From NCBI GenBank assembly GCA_002269645.1, contig NIVC01001880.1, positions 1 to 64,000 of the forward strand: DNA of 64,000 bases. Reading direction: 5' to 3'. The DNA comes from Macrostomum lignano (Eukaryota). The notes beneath the pieces are model-generated. The model did not search any database, was not told where the DNA came from, and saw only the letters and a program-made list of their open reading frames with translations. A program made the translations under genes and the position numbers. Every line of letters begins with the position of its first letter. Within the stretch, counting starts at the first letter, position 1. Positions 47,201 to 57,205 of this stretch are shown here, in pieces.

Positions 47201-50200
47201 TACGACATTCGTTTCGAATATAAATACGACATTAGTTTCGAATATAAATACGAGCATTAGTTTCGAATATTTGGCCTTTGAAGCAAAAGCTAAAAGCTAT
47301 GCTGCTGAAGATTAAAAAATAAAACGAGACCGGCAGGGACACCCCTTTACCAAAAATGAGGAGCGCTCAGTTTGCTTGTAAAATTTAAAAGATCAGTCAG
47401 TTTTTTGCAAAGTCAGTCAATTAGCTCAGTGGTTCAAACTCATTGGTCGGCTTTTACACGCACGTGGGTGAGCCCGCAGCGCGATGGACTCGGGTGACTT
47501 CGGCCTGCCTTCGGTCGGTGGCGGCGTGGGCGGCGGTGGCGGGAAGTCGGTCGTCGGCAGGCGCTTGAGGTCCGTGATGTGGCGCATGCAGGACTCGTGC
47601 GCTCTGCGCAGGATGAGGGAGTCGCCTTTGACCTCCTCGACGACCCACGGCTCTGGCTCGAAGGGTGTCTGCATTTTGGAGGCAGGGCGCCGCCTGCGCA
47701 GCACCGAGTCGCCTGTCATGATGTTGTGGCTGGCGGCTCTTCGGCGCTTATCTGCATGGCGCGCCATCCGTTGTTTGGCGGCGCTGTCGCGAGCCCTGAC
47801 CGCGGCCAAAGTGCTGGGCACTCGGCTGCGCTGCCGCATGCTGGGAATGCAGTCTTGCACCTGTCGCTGGAACATCAGCTCCGCAGGGGTGGCTCCAGTG
47901 CTGCTGTGCGGCGTGTTGCGGTAGGCCTCCAGCCAGTCTTCGAGTGCGGCCCGCCAGTCGGATTTCTCGATGCTTGCGATGCGGATGATTTTGTTAATCG
48001 AGCGGTTGATGCGTTCGGTGACTCCATTTGCTGCCGGGTGGTACGGAGTGATGGAGCGGTGCTGCACGCCGTTGCTGCGGAGGAAGTCGTGGAAGGCTTG
48101 CGAGCTGAACGGGGGCCCGTTGTCTGAGACGAGCTGCGCTGGTCTGCCGAACGTGGAGAATAGCTTCCGGAGCTGCTTGGTGACCGCCTCGGCTGTCATG
48201 GACGACATGCTGATGACTATCGGATAGCGGAGAAATGGTCAACTATGACGAGCAGATGCTTGTTTTGCACTGGCCCGGTGAAGTCGATGCCCAGGGTGTG
48301 CCAGGCATGCGGTGGCAGTGGTGTGGCTTGCAACGGCGCTGCTGGAACTTCGGCCTGATGACTCGCAGCTTGACACGGGAGGCAGACGTTGCACATCCGC
48401 TGCGCCTGTCCTGCCATACCGGGCCACCAGACCTTCGCCGATAACCTCGCCTGCGTCTTCTTTGCTCCCTGGTGTCCTTGATGAGCGAGCCGCAGCACCG
48501 TCAGCTGCAGCGCTTCGGGGACGACGATGCGCTGGCCTCTCAGTAGGATTCCGTCTGCTGCGGAGAGCTCCTGCTTGACTGCGTGCAGCGACCGCAGGGT
48601 AGCATCTCGGAGATCCCACTTGCCGCCTCGGAGTGCTGAGATGGCTGCTTGGAGGGCTCCGTCTCTCGCTGTTGCATCCTTAAGCTGTTGCAGCGCCAGT
48701 CCCTTGGGGGTCGAGTCCTCGGCAATGCTGTTGATGTAGTGGTTGTCCCTGGTTGCTCCTGCGCTGGAGACCGCTGATGCTGGGAAGATTTGCCGGCTTA
48801 GGACGTCACTTGGATTGGTCGAGCCTGGCCTGTACATTGTCTCGAACACCAGGTCCTGGATGCTCAGTGCCATCCTCTCGATTCTTGGTGGCGGATGCGA
48901 TCCTGGCTTAAATAGATGCACCAGCGGCTTGTGGTCAGTGACGACCCGGAAACCGGACGAACCACTGAGGTAATGGTGGAAGCGCAGGCAACCGAATTTG
49001 ACGGCGAGGGCTTCTCTTTCCGTCTGAGAATAGCGCGTCTCCACCGCTGACAGTGCGCGGCTTGCGTAAGCGATCGGTCGCAGGCTGCCGTCTGGCTGCT
49101 GTTGGCTGAGGATCGCTCCGAGTCCCGTCGGGCTGGCATCCACGATCACCTCTGTGGGTCTGCGCTTGTCAAACAATGCCAGTGTGCTGCTCGCGGAGAT
49201 CGAGTCCTTGATGGCGCTGAAAGCAGTCTCCTCAGCCGCTCCCCAGGACCACGGCGCATCCTTTCTGGTCAGATCTCGCAGGGGCTTGGCTATGTCTGAC
49301 AGGGCTGGGATAAAGCGACTGACAAAAGCCACAAGGCCGAGAAAGTACCTCACTTCGGACGCGTTTTTCGGTGCTCTGAATGCTTTCACAGCGCTCACCT
49401 TCTCGTCTGTCGGTTGGATGCCCTTCTCGGACAGGCGCATAGCGAGAAACTTGGCCTCCTTGACGGCGAACTTGCACTTTGCCGGATTTAAGGTGATGTT
49501 GTGCCTTTCTAGCCTTTGCAAGGTTGCCGCTAGCCGCTGGTTGTGCTCAATGATGGAGCTTGCATAGATGATAATGTCGTCATGTACCCAGCGGACTCCT
49601 GGAAGCCCGCCGAGCACGCTGGTCATGACTCGTTGTAGAATCTCAGACGCTGACGTAAAGCCCATGCACAGGCGCGTCAGTCTCATGAGACCCTTCGGCG
49701 TCGAAAATGTCAGCAGATGGCGGGAGTCTTCTCGGACGCGGATCTGGTGAAACGCCTTGTTGATGTCCAACTCGGTGAAGTAGCGCGCACCAGCCATTTC
49801 ATCAGTGACCTCTTCAAAAGTCGGTATAGGCTGTTTCTCGGGCACTACGAACTTGTTCACATCTCGCAGATCTTGGGTAATGCGCACTTGGCCAGGCTGC
49901 GACTTCGGGACAACAACTATTCGTGCCACCCATTCGGATGGTCCGGTCACTTTCTCGATTATTCCAGCCTGCAGTTGATCGTCGAGCTCGCGCTGCGCAG
50001 CCTCCCGCAGATGCACGGGGATGCGACTTGGCGAATGGCAGACAGGCACGGCTCCGTCTTGCAGGTGGATGCCGACTTCAACGTCCTTGACGCACCCAAT
50101 TCCGACAAATCGCTGCCTGAAGGTCTTGATAATGTTGCTGAGACGCTCGTGCTGTGGCATTGCCTGATCGTCTGCCTCCGCCGCTGCGGCCGCCAGTGCA

Positions 50201-53200
50201 GCGCTGAGTGGCTCATGGAGCTCACCAGAGTCTTTCAGATGACAGACGCTGGGATTGCTTGGTCCGATGCGTAGGATTCCCAGCTTCTCGCTGGTTTCGC
50301 GGCCCACGATCGTCGTGCCCGTCTCCTTGACGATGATGTAGCTAATGCTGGCGCTGACGTCATAAACGGCGGTCCGGAGGGTCGCTTTGCCAAGGGTGGT
50401 GAGGGGTTCACCGGAGCCGAACGGGAAGACCCGCTGCTTTGACTCGCGAAGGTCGTCTGCCGTGCCTCCGATGGCCTTGAATGTTTTTGAGTCCATTAGA
50501 TTGCAGCTGGCGCCGCTGTCGATTAGCAGGTCTGTGGCGTGGCCGTTGATGTCCGCTTTAACGAGCGGCAGTCGCTTACGCTGTGGCGTCAGGCAGAACA
50601 CCTCGCAGCTGCAGCTGCTGCTGATCACTCGGCTGCTCCTCGGCAATGGCGTGCACCTTTCTGGAGCTCGCGGGTTTGGACAAGCACGCTTTTGCCAGGT
50701 GGCCGACCTTGTTGCAGTTCCGACACGTCTTTCCTCTGGCCGCCTCGCACGTTCGGTGGCCTGACTCTCCACAGCGGATGCACTTTGTTCTGGTTCGCTC
50801 CGGTCGGTCTGGCTTCTCGATGCGCCGCATTGCGTTCACAGACTCGCTCTTCCGCGCTTCGATGACTGCAGATTGAAGGTCGGCCGCCTCGAATGCCCTG
50901 GCTTGCTGCAGCGCTTCTTTGAGCTGGATATTGGGTGTCTGCAGCAACCTGCGCCGGAGCTGGTCTGACTGGCAGCCGGCGACAATTTGGTCTCGGATGA
51001 TGAGATCCCGCTGAGTCTCGAATTCACATCCTTCTGCAGCCTTGAACAGCCGTTGCACCCAGGCGTTGATGGCTTCGCCGGGCTGCTGCGTGCAGTGCCG
51101 GAATTCATATCGCACGAATACCGGGTTGTGCCTGCTCTTGAAGTGCTCTCTGAGGGCGTCCAGGAGCTCTTCGAGGGTCTTGCCTGGCCCCGTGAGTTCT
51201 GCGTACGCTTCAGCCACCCGTTTGCCGCCGACGTAAAGTAGAATCTCTCGTTGTTGACTTGCATCTGTTATGCCGCTTGCAGTCACAAAGCACTTGAATC
51301 GGTTGGCCCATTCTGCCCACCGTGCTGAGAGGTTGTGTGGCTCTTTCTGAGTATCGAAAGGCTCAGGCGGGGGCAGTTGTAGAGGCACAGACATTCCTGC
51401 TAGCGATGCCAATGTAGATTTGTTTTAGGGTAAGAAAAGGCTTGGCCACTGCGCGGCCTTGAGCGCCAATATATATATTTAGAAATCGATATTTGCGTGG
51501 GGTGGAGTTGCGCCTGATAAAAAGGAAGCGTGCAAGCTAATTGGCTGCAGAGCGACCGGGGCAGGCATTGTACACTTGAGGGTCAGAGAGTTAGGCGGGT
51601 GTACGGCCAACAAACATGACCGCTGTGGTTTTCGACTCTGAGAGTCTAAGGCCACATTGGTTTGCCCAACGCTCCGCTCGTCCCAGAAAGCCCTGCAGAA
51701 GGTCTCTGATGGTATCAACCGAGGGGCCCGCGCATATCGCGGTCACATCATCGGCATAGCCCACCTTGAGAATAGGGGTCGTGGAGATCACTGCAAAGCA
51801 ACTCATCCATGACCATGTTCCAGAGAACGGGGGTGAGAACTCCGCCCTGGGGCCCCCTTTCTGGACAGGCGCCGAAAGAGAGCTGCCGTTCAGGTGGGCC
51901 ACAACACTGCGGTTCCGGATCATGAACATGATCCACCGGACAAGGTGAGGGTGCGTGGCCCTGGATTCCAGGGCTCTGCAAAAGGCCTCGAAGATGACGT
52001 TGTCGAAGGCCCCCTCAATGTCCAGGAAAAGCGAGAGGGCAAAGCCGCTGCCAAGAACGGCCCTCTCCAGGAAGTCAACAATGACATTGAGGGCACTCTC
52101 GGTAGACCTGCCCGCGCGGAAGGCGTGCTGGTTCTGCGAGAGTGGGAAGCGCTTCAGCTCGACCGAAAGTAGGCGCCAGAGCACCAGTCTCTCGAGGAGC
52201 TTAAGGCAGAAAGAGGTGAGGCTGATAGGCCTGAAGGCCTTCGCCGATTGGTAGTCGCTCTTTCCAGGCTTGGGGATAAAGACCACCCGGGCCTCTCTCC
52301 ACGCAACTGGTACATAGCCCAGCTCCACACAAGCTCGAAGGAGACGACAGAGCAGGTCCAGGAAGCGGTGGTTTTTCACCGCCTCGTGCAAGAACGCTGG
52401 GTAGATGCCGTCGGGCCCAGGCGCCTTGAACGGGTTAAAGGACCTTGCCGCTCTAATAATGCGGTCTTTGGTGATCATAGACTTTGCTAGGCCTTGCCCT
52501 CCCACTGTGTGGTCAGGCGGGCCCTGCTGAGTCGGGGATTTAGGGAAGAAACTGTTGAGCATTAGCTCCAGAGTCTCTTCAGAGCTCTCTGTGACCGAGC
52601 CATCAGGTCTCTTCACAACAGAGAGTTTAGAAAAACGGTCATTAGTGAGTGCCTTAACCACGCGGGCTACGGGGCGAGAGCCCTCAAGCCCTTCGCAATA
52701 TTGGCGCCACTTGGCCGTCTTGGCCCTTCTGACTTGGCCCTTAAACTCGTGGATCGCACGGGTATAGGCCTCTCTATCAGAGGGGTCTTTGGTTTTGAGC
52801 GCTCGCCTTTGGAGGGTCCTGGCTCGGCGCCGAAGGGCCCCGAGCTCTGGGTTCCACCAGGGAGCAGATTTCTTGCCTTTGTAGGCTTTTAGAGGGCAGG
52901 CTGCTTCAAAGGCAGTGGTGATCGCCCCGCCCAGGGAGGAGGCGAGATCATCCACCACCTGGCAGTCAGAGAGGTCACTGGGGGGGGGGGGTCAAGATCC
53001 CGAAGGCCGCGGTTCAGCTTCGAGCCAAAGGCGGCCCAATCGGTGTTCCTGACGTTCCGACTCCAAGGGACCTTAGGCTTTTGCTTGGTCGGCCCAATGC
53101 AAAAGTGGATAAAGCGGTGGTCCGAGAGCGAGTCCTCGTCCCACACTCGCCAGCCCGTGACTGCGGAAAGCAGTCCGGGTGAGACGATGGTGGTGTCGAT

Positions 53201-56200
53201 GACTTCGGCCCACCGCCCATTATTGAACGTTGGTGCATTGCCCACGTTACAGAAATTGAGGTTTGTGCTGCTGACGTAGGCCAGCAGCTCCTCGCCTCTG
53301 TTATTGGTGTTCTTGCTGCCCCAATGTAGGTGGTGTGCGTTCACATCCCCTGCAATGAGAAGCTTGAACCGACGGGACGCGGCGTAGTCAATGAGGTTGA
53401 CTAACGCGTCGCAGACTACTGGGGCATCGCCTGGGAAATAGGCAGACGCTACCAGCACAGGTTTATTGGGAATGAGGTTATTGATTTGAACAACACAGAT
53501 GTCCCCAGTCGAGAGATCAGGTCTCATCCATGCTTCAAAAGCTTTTGCAGCAAAGACCAGAGATCTTGGGCGAGGCTGAGAGTTCGCCATGCAAAAACAG
53601 TGGTAGCCAGATGGCACATTATTTGGCTTACCTTTAGTCATCCAGGGCTCCTGCACGAAGACCAGGCCCGGAAGCTGTTGCTCTGTCGTGCGCATCAGGT
53701 TGACTGACGCCGCCACGCAGTGCTGCGTGTTGATCTGCAGACACCAGGTAGCCGCTGGCATCAGTGCAGATCGGGCGTTGCAGTCGCCAGGAGTTCCTCC
53801 TCCTCCTCGGCGCACACCAGCTTCGGGTCGGGGTCGCCGGTGTCCATGGGCTCTTCTTCAGCAAAGGCCCCCGATTGGTCGGAAGGCAGTAGGCAGCGTT
53901 CGCCGCCCTTCGCCACCGGTCACGGGGTCCTCCGCTTCAGACTGGCCCAATGCCCTGGAGCAGCCAGCCGCCTGGGCAGGCAAGTCCGTCTCCAGTCGGT
54001 CCTGCCCCGAGGGGTTGGGCCCAGTTGGGACGTCCCCACCCTCCCTGGACGAGCTGGTGCGCCTAGGTGTCCCGGCGACCTCTCGCCTCAGCTGGGCGAT
54101 TTTGGCGGTACGGACTGCCTCAGCTGCGCGCTGGTACAGGCCGCGCCGCTTGGTGCTGCGCGCCGGGCGTCGGTCTCCTCCGCCCTCAACAGCGCGTTCG
54201 GCTTTACCCGCGGGGCCGTGCTGCCGGGCGGGGCGGTTTGCTTTGGCAGCCTGAGCAGAAGCTCGCGCCTCGGCCCCGGCTGCCTCGGCATTCCGCCCGC
54301 CCTGCTCAGTGCCACGGGGAGGGTCGGCCTCGTAAGAGCGGATGCGCAGCTTCCAGAGGCCGACGTTGATGAAGCTGCCGTGCGGATAGCGCCTCATCCA
54401 GGCGTCCGACAGCCCCAGGATGGCTGTGAAGCCAGTGCCGTCGGTGCGCTTAAGGGTGTCATGCACCACAAGGCCCGCGGCGGGAAGCTCTCGGTTGACT
54501 GCTATGCTAGCAGTCCTTTCCAGACCTCGTCAGCAGAGGTAACGACGCTCCTGGCCGGAACCCAGATTCGATGCCTCTTGGTCCGGGGGCGCTCTTCCTC
54601 TCTGCAGAAGGCTAAATTGAGGTTCCAGCTCTGCTCGGGCAGCAGCTCAAGGAGCCGCCGACCCGAGTCAGCATCACTGGGCCAAATGAGAAGGCACGAG
54701 TCCCTCGTCGCATTCGAATGAATGTTCAGAGGCGTGCCCTTCAGAGTTTGCTTCCACAGGAGGCCATCAACGGCACCTCTCACCTGCTTCAGCTGGTCGG
54801 GAGACAGGCGCGCGTCCTTCCCCAGGATGACAACCGCCGGTTGCCTCTGCCGCATCAGCGTAGGAGGCCCGGGGGTCGGTGGAGCATTCTTCAGGTGGGC
54901 TGTCCACCCTCCCGGCTGCATCGGCCTCCCTATCCTGGGCAGGGGCTTCAGTGGGCTCGAGGCCCTCTTCCGCCACCGCCCCAGATTGGGAAGCTTCCGC
55001 TGCCGCGGGCCGTTGGCCCCTGGCACCGGTTAGGCTTCCGCCCTCCTTGGCCCGCCTCGCCTTGTTAAGTCGACGGCGGGCAGCTCCAGAGGTGGTGTTC
55101 AGCTGCTTGGCAGCTGGAGTAGCAGGTGTCTTCTCGGAGGCACCGCTCAGAGTTGGCTCCACGGGTCTCGCCGAGGCGTCCCCGATGGTAGCAGGTGGTA
55201 TGGCCGCGGAAGCCCACGGCCCCAGCCGAGGCCGGAGGCACTGTGTCATCCACAGCGGGTTGGGTACTTCGGTTAGAAGCCATTGGCTGGAAGTAAAAAA
55301 GGTGGGACTTCCTGCAGAACACAGGCAAAGAGCCGCAAGGCCGCAACCCCAAACCAAGCGGCAGGCCCCCAAAAAGCAAAATACCACCCTGCGGGGGGGA
55401 CCCAAAAGCGCAAGGGGAACCGTTAGCGACCAGACTACTCCCTGGCCAAGCGTCCATCAGCACTTAGTTACACTGGGACATTAGAGGGTGCGTTTATATG
55501 GTCACACCAGGACCCGGCGCCAACGAATCAGCTCGGCAAGGCCCAAGAGCCTGCCTTAACACCCACGGGACGAGTACCCTTCGAAGTGCGCCTTGCAAGG
55601 TGAAAATCAGGAGACAGAGTCTCTAGAGCTATCAGCCCGCCAGGGGAGGCAGGTGTGAGCATCGCTGGCTGGGATAAGGGCCATACCAGTCTCATACTGC
55701 ACAGATAGTTCACCACGCCATTGCGTGCAGGACCCGGGGTCCTGGGGGCAACAGCCCCAGCAGAGGCTGGCTCAGTTCGCAGCACCCGAAGCTTCGGCTC
55801 TCGCCTTTGACGCCTTCACTCCAGACAGCAGCGCGGGTCGCAGCGGCTCCGTCCAGAGCGTCGTCGTGAAGCTCGCCGGCTGCTACCGCATTGAGGCGTT
55901 CGGAGCCGCTGGGGGCAGCTCAACCAGAATTAATTCCTCCAGAGGCGCCTCTGCCGCCGGCTGCTTCAGCCTGTTCGCCGGCGTCCGACTGCAAATTTTG
56001 GTCGGCCAGGCGGGCGGCGACTCGGCCTGCGGAGTCGGCGCTGGCGGCGGAGGCGGCAGCTTCGTGTACGTCAGCAACGGCTCGGACAGCCAGCAGCTGC
56101 TCGTGGCCGCGGGAGGTGGCGGTGGAGCCTCAAGGAAATATGCTGGTGAGCTGATGCGAGTCCAGAAATGCGTAGAAGTTTGAGTCATTTGAGCCAATCA

Positions 56201-56814
56201 GCTTCGAGCATGCAGGCTGAGCACAGGGGATGAGAGTTGAGAATAATTAACTTCATCACAGCTTGTTGCATCGCAGATTTGAGCGCAATTTCCTCTGACA
56301 TTTTACAGGCATGAATGGCAGCGGCTCTACAAGCGGCACGAGCAGCAATCCTGGAGGCTTCAAGTACTCCGGCCCCGGTGGCGCTGGCGGACAGCCGGGC
56401 CGGGTGTCGCCCATCCGGTACACTGCACGGCCGAATTTTTCTTGCGGCGGTGCCGGCGCCGGCTGGACCGGCTCGGCTCAGCCCAGCAGCGAGTCCTTCG
56501 TTGATCCCGGAGGTCCCGGGCTCGGCCTCGGCGACGGTTGGCTGGGCGGAGCGCGCAGCGGCTCCTGCCCGACCGGCGACGGCGGCTTCGGCGGAGGCGG
56601 CGCTGGAGGCGGCTGCTGCTTCAGGTATCCCATCGGTGCCAGCGGCGGCGGAGGCGGCTTCAGTGGAGGCGGAGCTAGCACATTTCCACGCAGCGGAGGA
56701 GGCGGCGGCGGCGGCTCCTTCTGCGGCGGCGTCGGCTGCGCCACCTCCTCTGGCGGCAACGCGGAGCGGCAGGGCCGGGTGCGGCTGAGCCGTCTGGGAG
56801 CCGCCTGTGAGTGA
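44226..56814 (+). CDS. Secreted PAN/Apple-like + ALK/LTK-type glycine-rich-domain protein; exons 44226-44271, 44511-44855, 55783-56145, 56309-56814 (419 aa)
   Basis: Signal exon MHFPALMGLLLLRAV. PAN-like Cys spacing (ECLMWCSDRGCAAAMVNMTSRVC). GCYRIEAFGAAGG, LQILVGQAGG, GGGGGSFV and LLVAAGGGGGA match the ALK/LTK glycine-rich domain. All junctions are phase-1 GT-AG and the exons sum to 1260 nt. The acceptor at 55781-55782 is weak. Confidence 0.75.
44306..44510. repeat. 34-bp minisatellite whose last unit provides the exon-2 acceptor
   Basis: Unit CACTCAGTGCTGAGCACTCCGCCTGTTTCAGCAT (44344/44378). Confidence 0.95.
44856..45078. repeat. 19-bp minisatellite whose first unit is the exon-2 donor
   Basis: Unit GTGAGTGAAGCTGACAGGT, ~12 copies. 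Confidence 0.96.
45298..46710 (-). pseudogene. LINE ORF2 3' part (RT thumb, RNase H, zinc knuckle) with in-frame stops
   Basis: One reading frame broken by TAG at 46489-46491 (KLW*IYTAIIRP, probably TGG) and at 45925-45927 (SSVF*, where VFQAEV is expected, so probably CAG). Confidence 0.9.
46711..46910 (-). repeat. 3' LTR (200 bp, TGTTG...CAACA)
   Basis: Identical by eye to 51413-51612 except at position 46714 (T vs A). Confidence 0.97.
46911..46919 (-). promoter_or_regulatory. Polypurine tract
   Basis: GGGGAAGGA on the minus strand, directly abutting the 3' LTR. Confidence 0.8.
47130..47270. repeat. 24-25-bp tandem repeat (~6 copies) in the Gypsy 3' untranslated region
   Basis: CATTAGTTTCGAATATAAATACGA(G). 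Confidence 0.9.
47426..50772 (-). CDS. Gypsy Pol (protease, RT, RNase H, integrase) with a 1-nt frameshift near 48225
   Basis: LIDSGAS (protease); WVHDDIII (RT); VDAS..GLG, YSQTEREALA, TDHKPL (RNase H); H-H-C-C then GIDF / SDNGP / NGVTER (integrase). Adding one C at TTCTCC(C)GCTAT restores DHFSRYPIV. Confidence 0.93.
50576..51394 (-). CDS. Gypsy Gag with two zinc knuckles
   Basis: ATG at 51394; Mag-type N-terminus (PPPEPFD...W..W..RF); CIRCGESGH...C and CRNCNKVGHLAKAC. Confidence 0.92.
   Translation of the reverse strand: MSVPLQLPPPEPFDTQKEPHNLSARWAEWANRFKCFVTASGITDASQQREILLYVGGKRVAEAYAELTGPGKTLEELLDALREHFKSRHNPVFVRYEFRHCTQQPGEAINAWVQRLFKAAEGCEFETQRDLIIRDQIVAGCQSDQLRRRLLQTPNIQLKEALQQARAFEAADLQSAVIEARKSESVNAMRRIEKPDRPERTRTKCIRCGESGHRTCEAARGKTCRNCNKVGHLAKACLSKPASSRKVHAIAEEQPSDQQQLQLRGVLPDATA
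51395..51411 (-). promoter_or_regulatory. Primer-binding site, possibly for tRNA-Ser
   Basis: TGGCATCGCTAGCAGGA one base after the 5' LTR; complementary to a tRNA-like 3' end (TCCTGCTAGCGATGCCA). The tRNA identity is inferred. Confidence 0.7.
51413..51612 (-). repeat. 5' LTR (200 bp)
   Basis: See 3' LTR. Confidence 0.97.
51613..53761 (-). pseudogene. LINE ORF2 5' part (APE endonuclease and RT), frameshifted
   Basis: ORFs 52889-53815, 51591-52958 and 51748-51981 carry consecutive motifs in different frames. Shifts occur at the G-run near 52985 and around 51850-51780. TTAVMF joins MFTNK across the Gypsy insertion. Confidence 0.9.
53858..55026 (-). pseudogene. LINE ORF1 (DUF4780-like region), broken by a 5-bp duplication
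   Basis: RHRIWVPARSVVTSADEVWKGLLA / VNRELPAAGLVVHD...LGL..AW...G.INVGLWKLRI resembles the DUF4780-type ORF1 of LOA/R1 elements (family assignment from memory). TGCTA is duplicated at 54500-54509. Start uncertain. Confidence 0.65.
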
Positions 56815-56929
56815 CGAGCTGCTTCAGCAACAGCAAAATCAGGCAGACTCTGAAGAGCTGCTCGTTATTGAGATTCAATATTGACTTTTGATTCCCGTCT
56901 GATGCAAACTTGCAACACCCAGCTGATTC

Positions 56930-57205
56930 AGTGCCAACTGGCATGCCTGTGTTATTCTCTTATCAGTGTTATACTGACAACTGGCAGTGCCTGTGTTATT
57001 CTCTTATCAATGTTATACTGACAACTGGCAGTGCCTGTGTTATTCTCTTATCAATGTTATACTGACAACTGGCAGTGCCTGTGTTATTCTCTTATCAATG
57101 TTATACTGACAACTGGCAGTGCCTGTGTTATTCTCTTATCAATGTTATACTGACAACTGGCAGTGCCTGTGTTATTCTCTTATCAGTGTTATATTGGCAA
57201 CTGGC
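56930..57205. repeat. 44-bp minisatellite (~6 copies)
   Basis: Unit ACTGGCAGTGCCTGTGTTATTCTCTTATCAATGTTATACTGACA (56946/56990). Confidence 0.95.

Larger units (their letters stand above)
46711..51612 (-). mobile_element. Ty3/Gypsy LTR retrotransposon, Mag-like clade, nested in the LINE RT
   Basis: LTRs at 46711-46910 and 51413-51612; TSD AACAT at 46706-46710 and 51613-51617; domain order PR-RT-RH-IN; PBS and PPT present. Confidence 0.97.
45179..55761 (-). mobile_element. Full-length, decayed non-LTR retrotransposon of LOA/R1 type (ORF1; ORF2 = APE endonuclease, RT, RNase H, CCHC), interrupted by a Gypsy element
   Basis: TSD AGAGGCTGGCTC at 45167-45178 and 55762-55773; 3' tail of (AAGTC)-type repeats at ~45179-45199. 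APE motifs QEPW, GDVNAHH.WGS, SDH; RT motifs KAPGPDGI, RPISLTS, QHAFRAGRST, LDIEGAFD, PQGGVL, YADD; RNase H motifs YTDGS, SDSQAA, WIPGHAG..GNE.AD; CPFC..EN.EH.IC.CP. Confidence 0.93.

Noticed and set aside
55600-55680. HDV-like ribozyme core (GCC-TCCCCT-GGC) as a called feature
   Set aside because: L3 is one base short of consensus, and P1, P1.1 and P2 could not be completed; kept only as a test suggestion.
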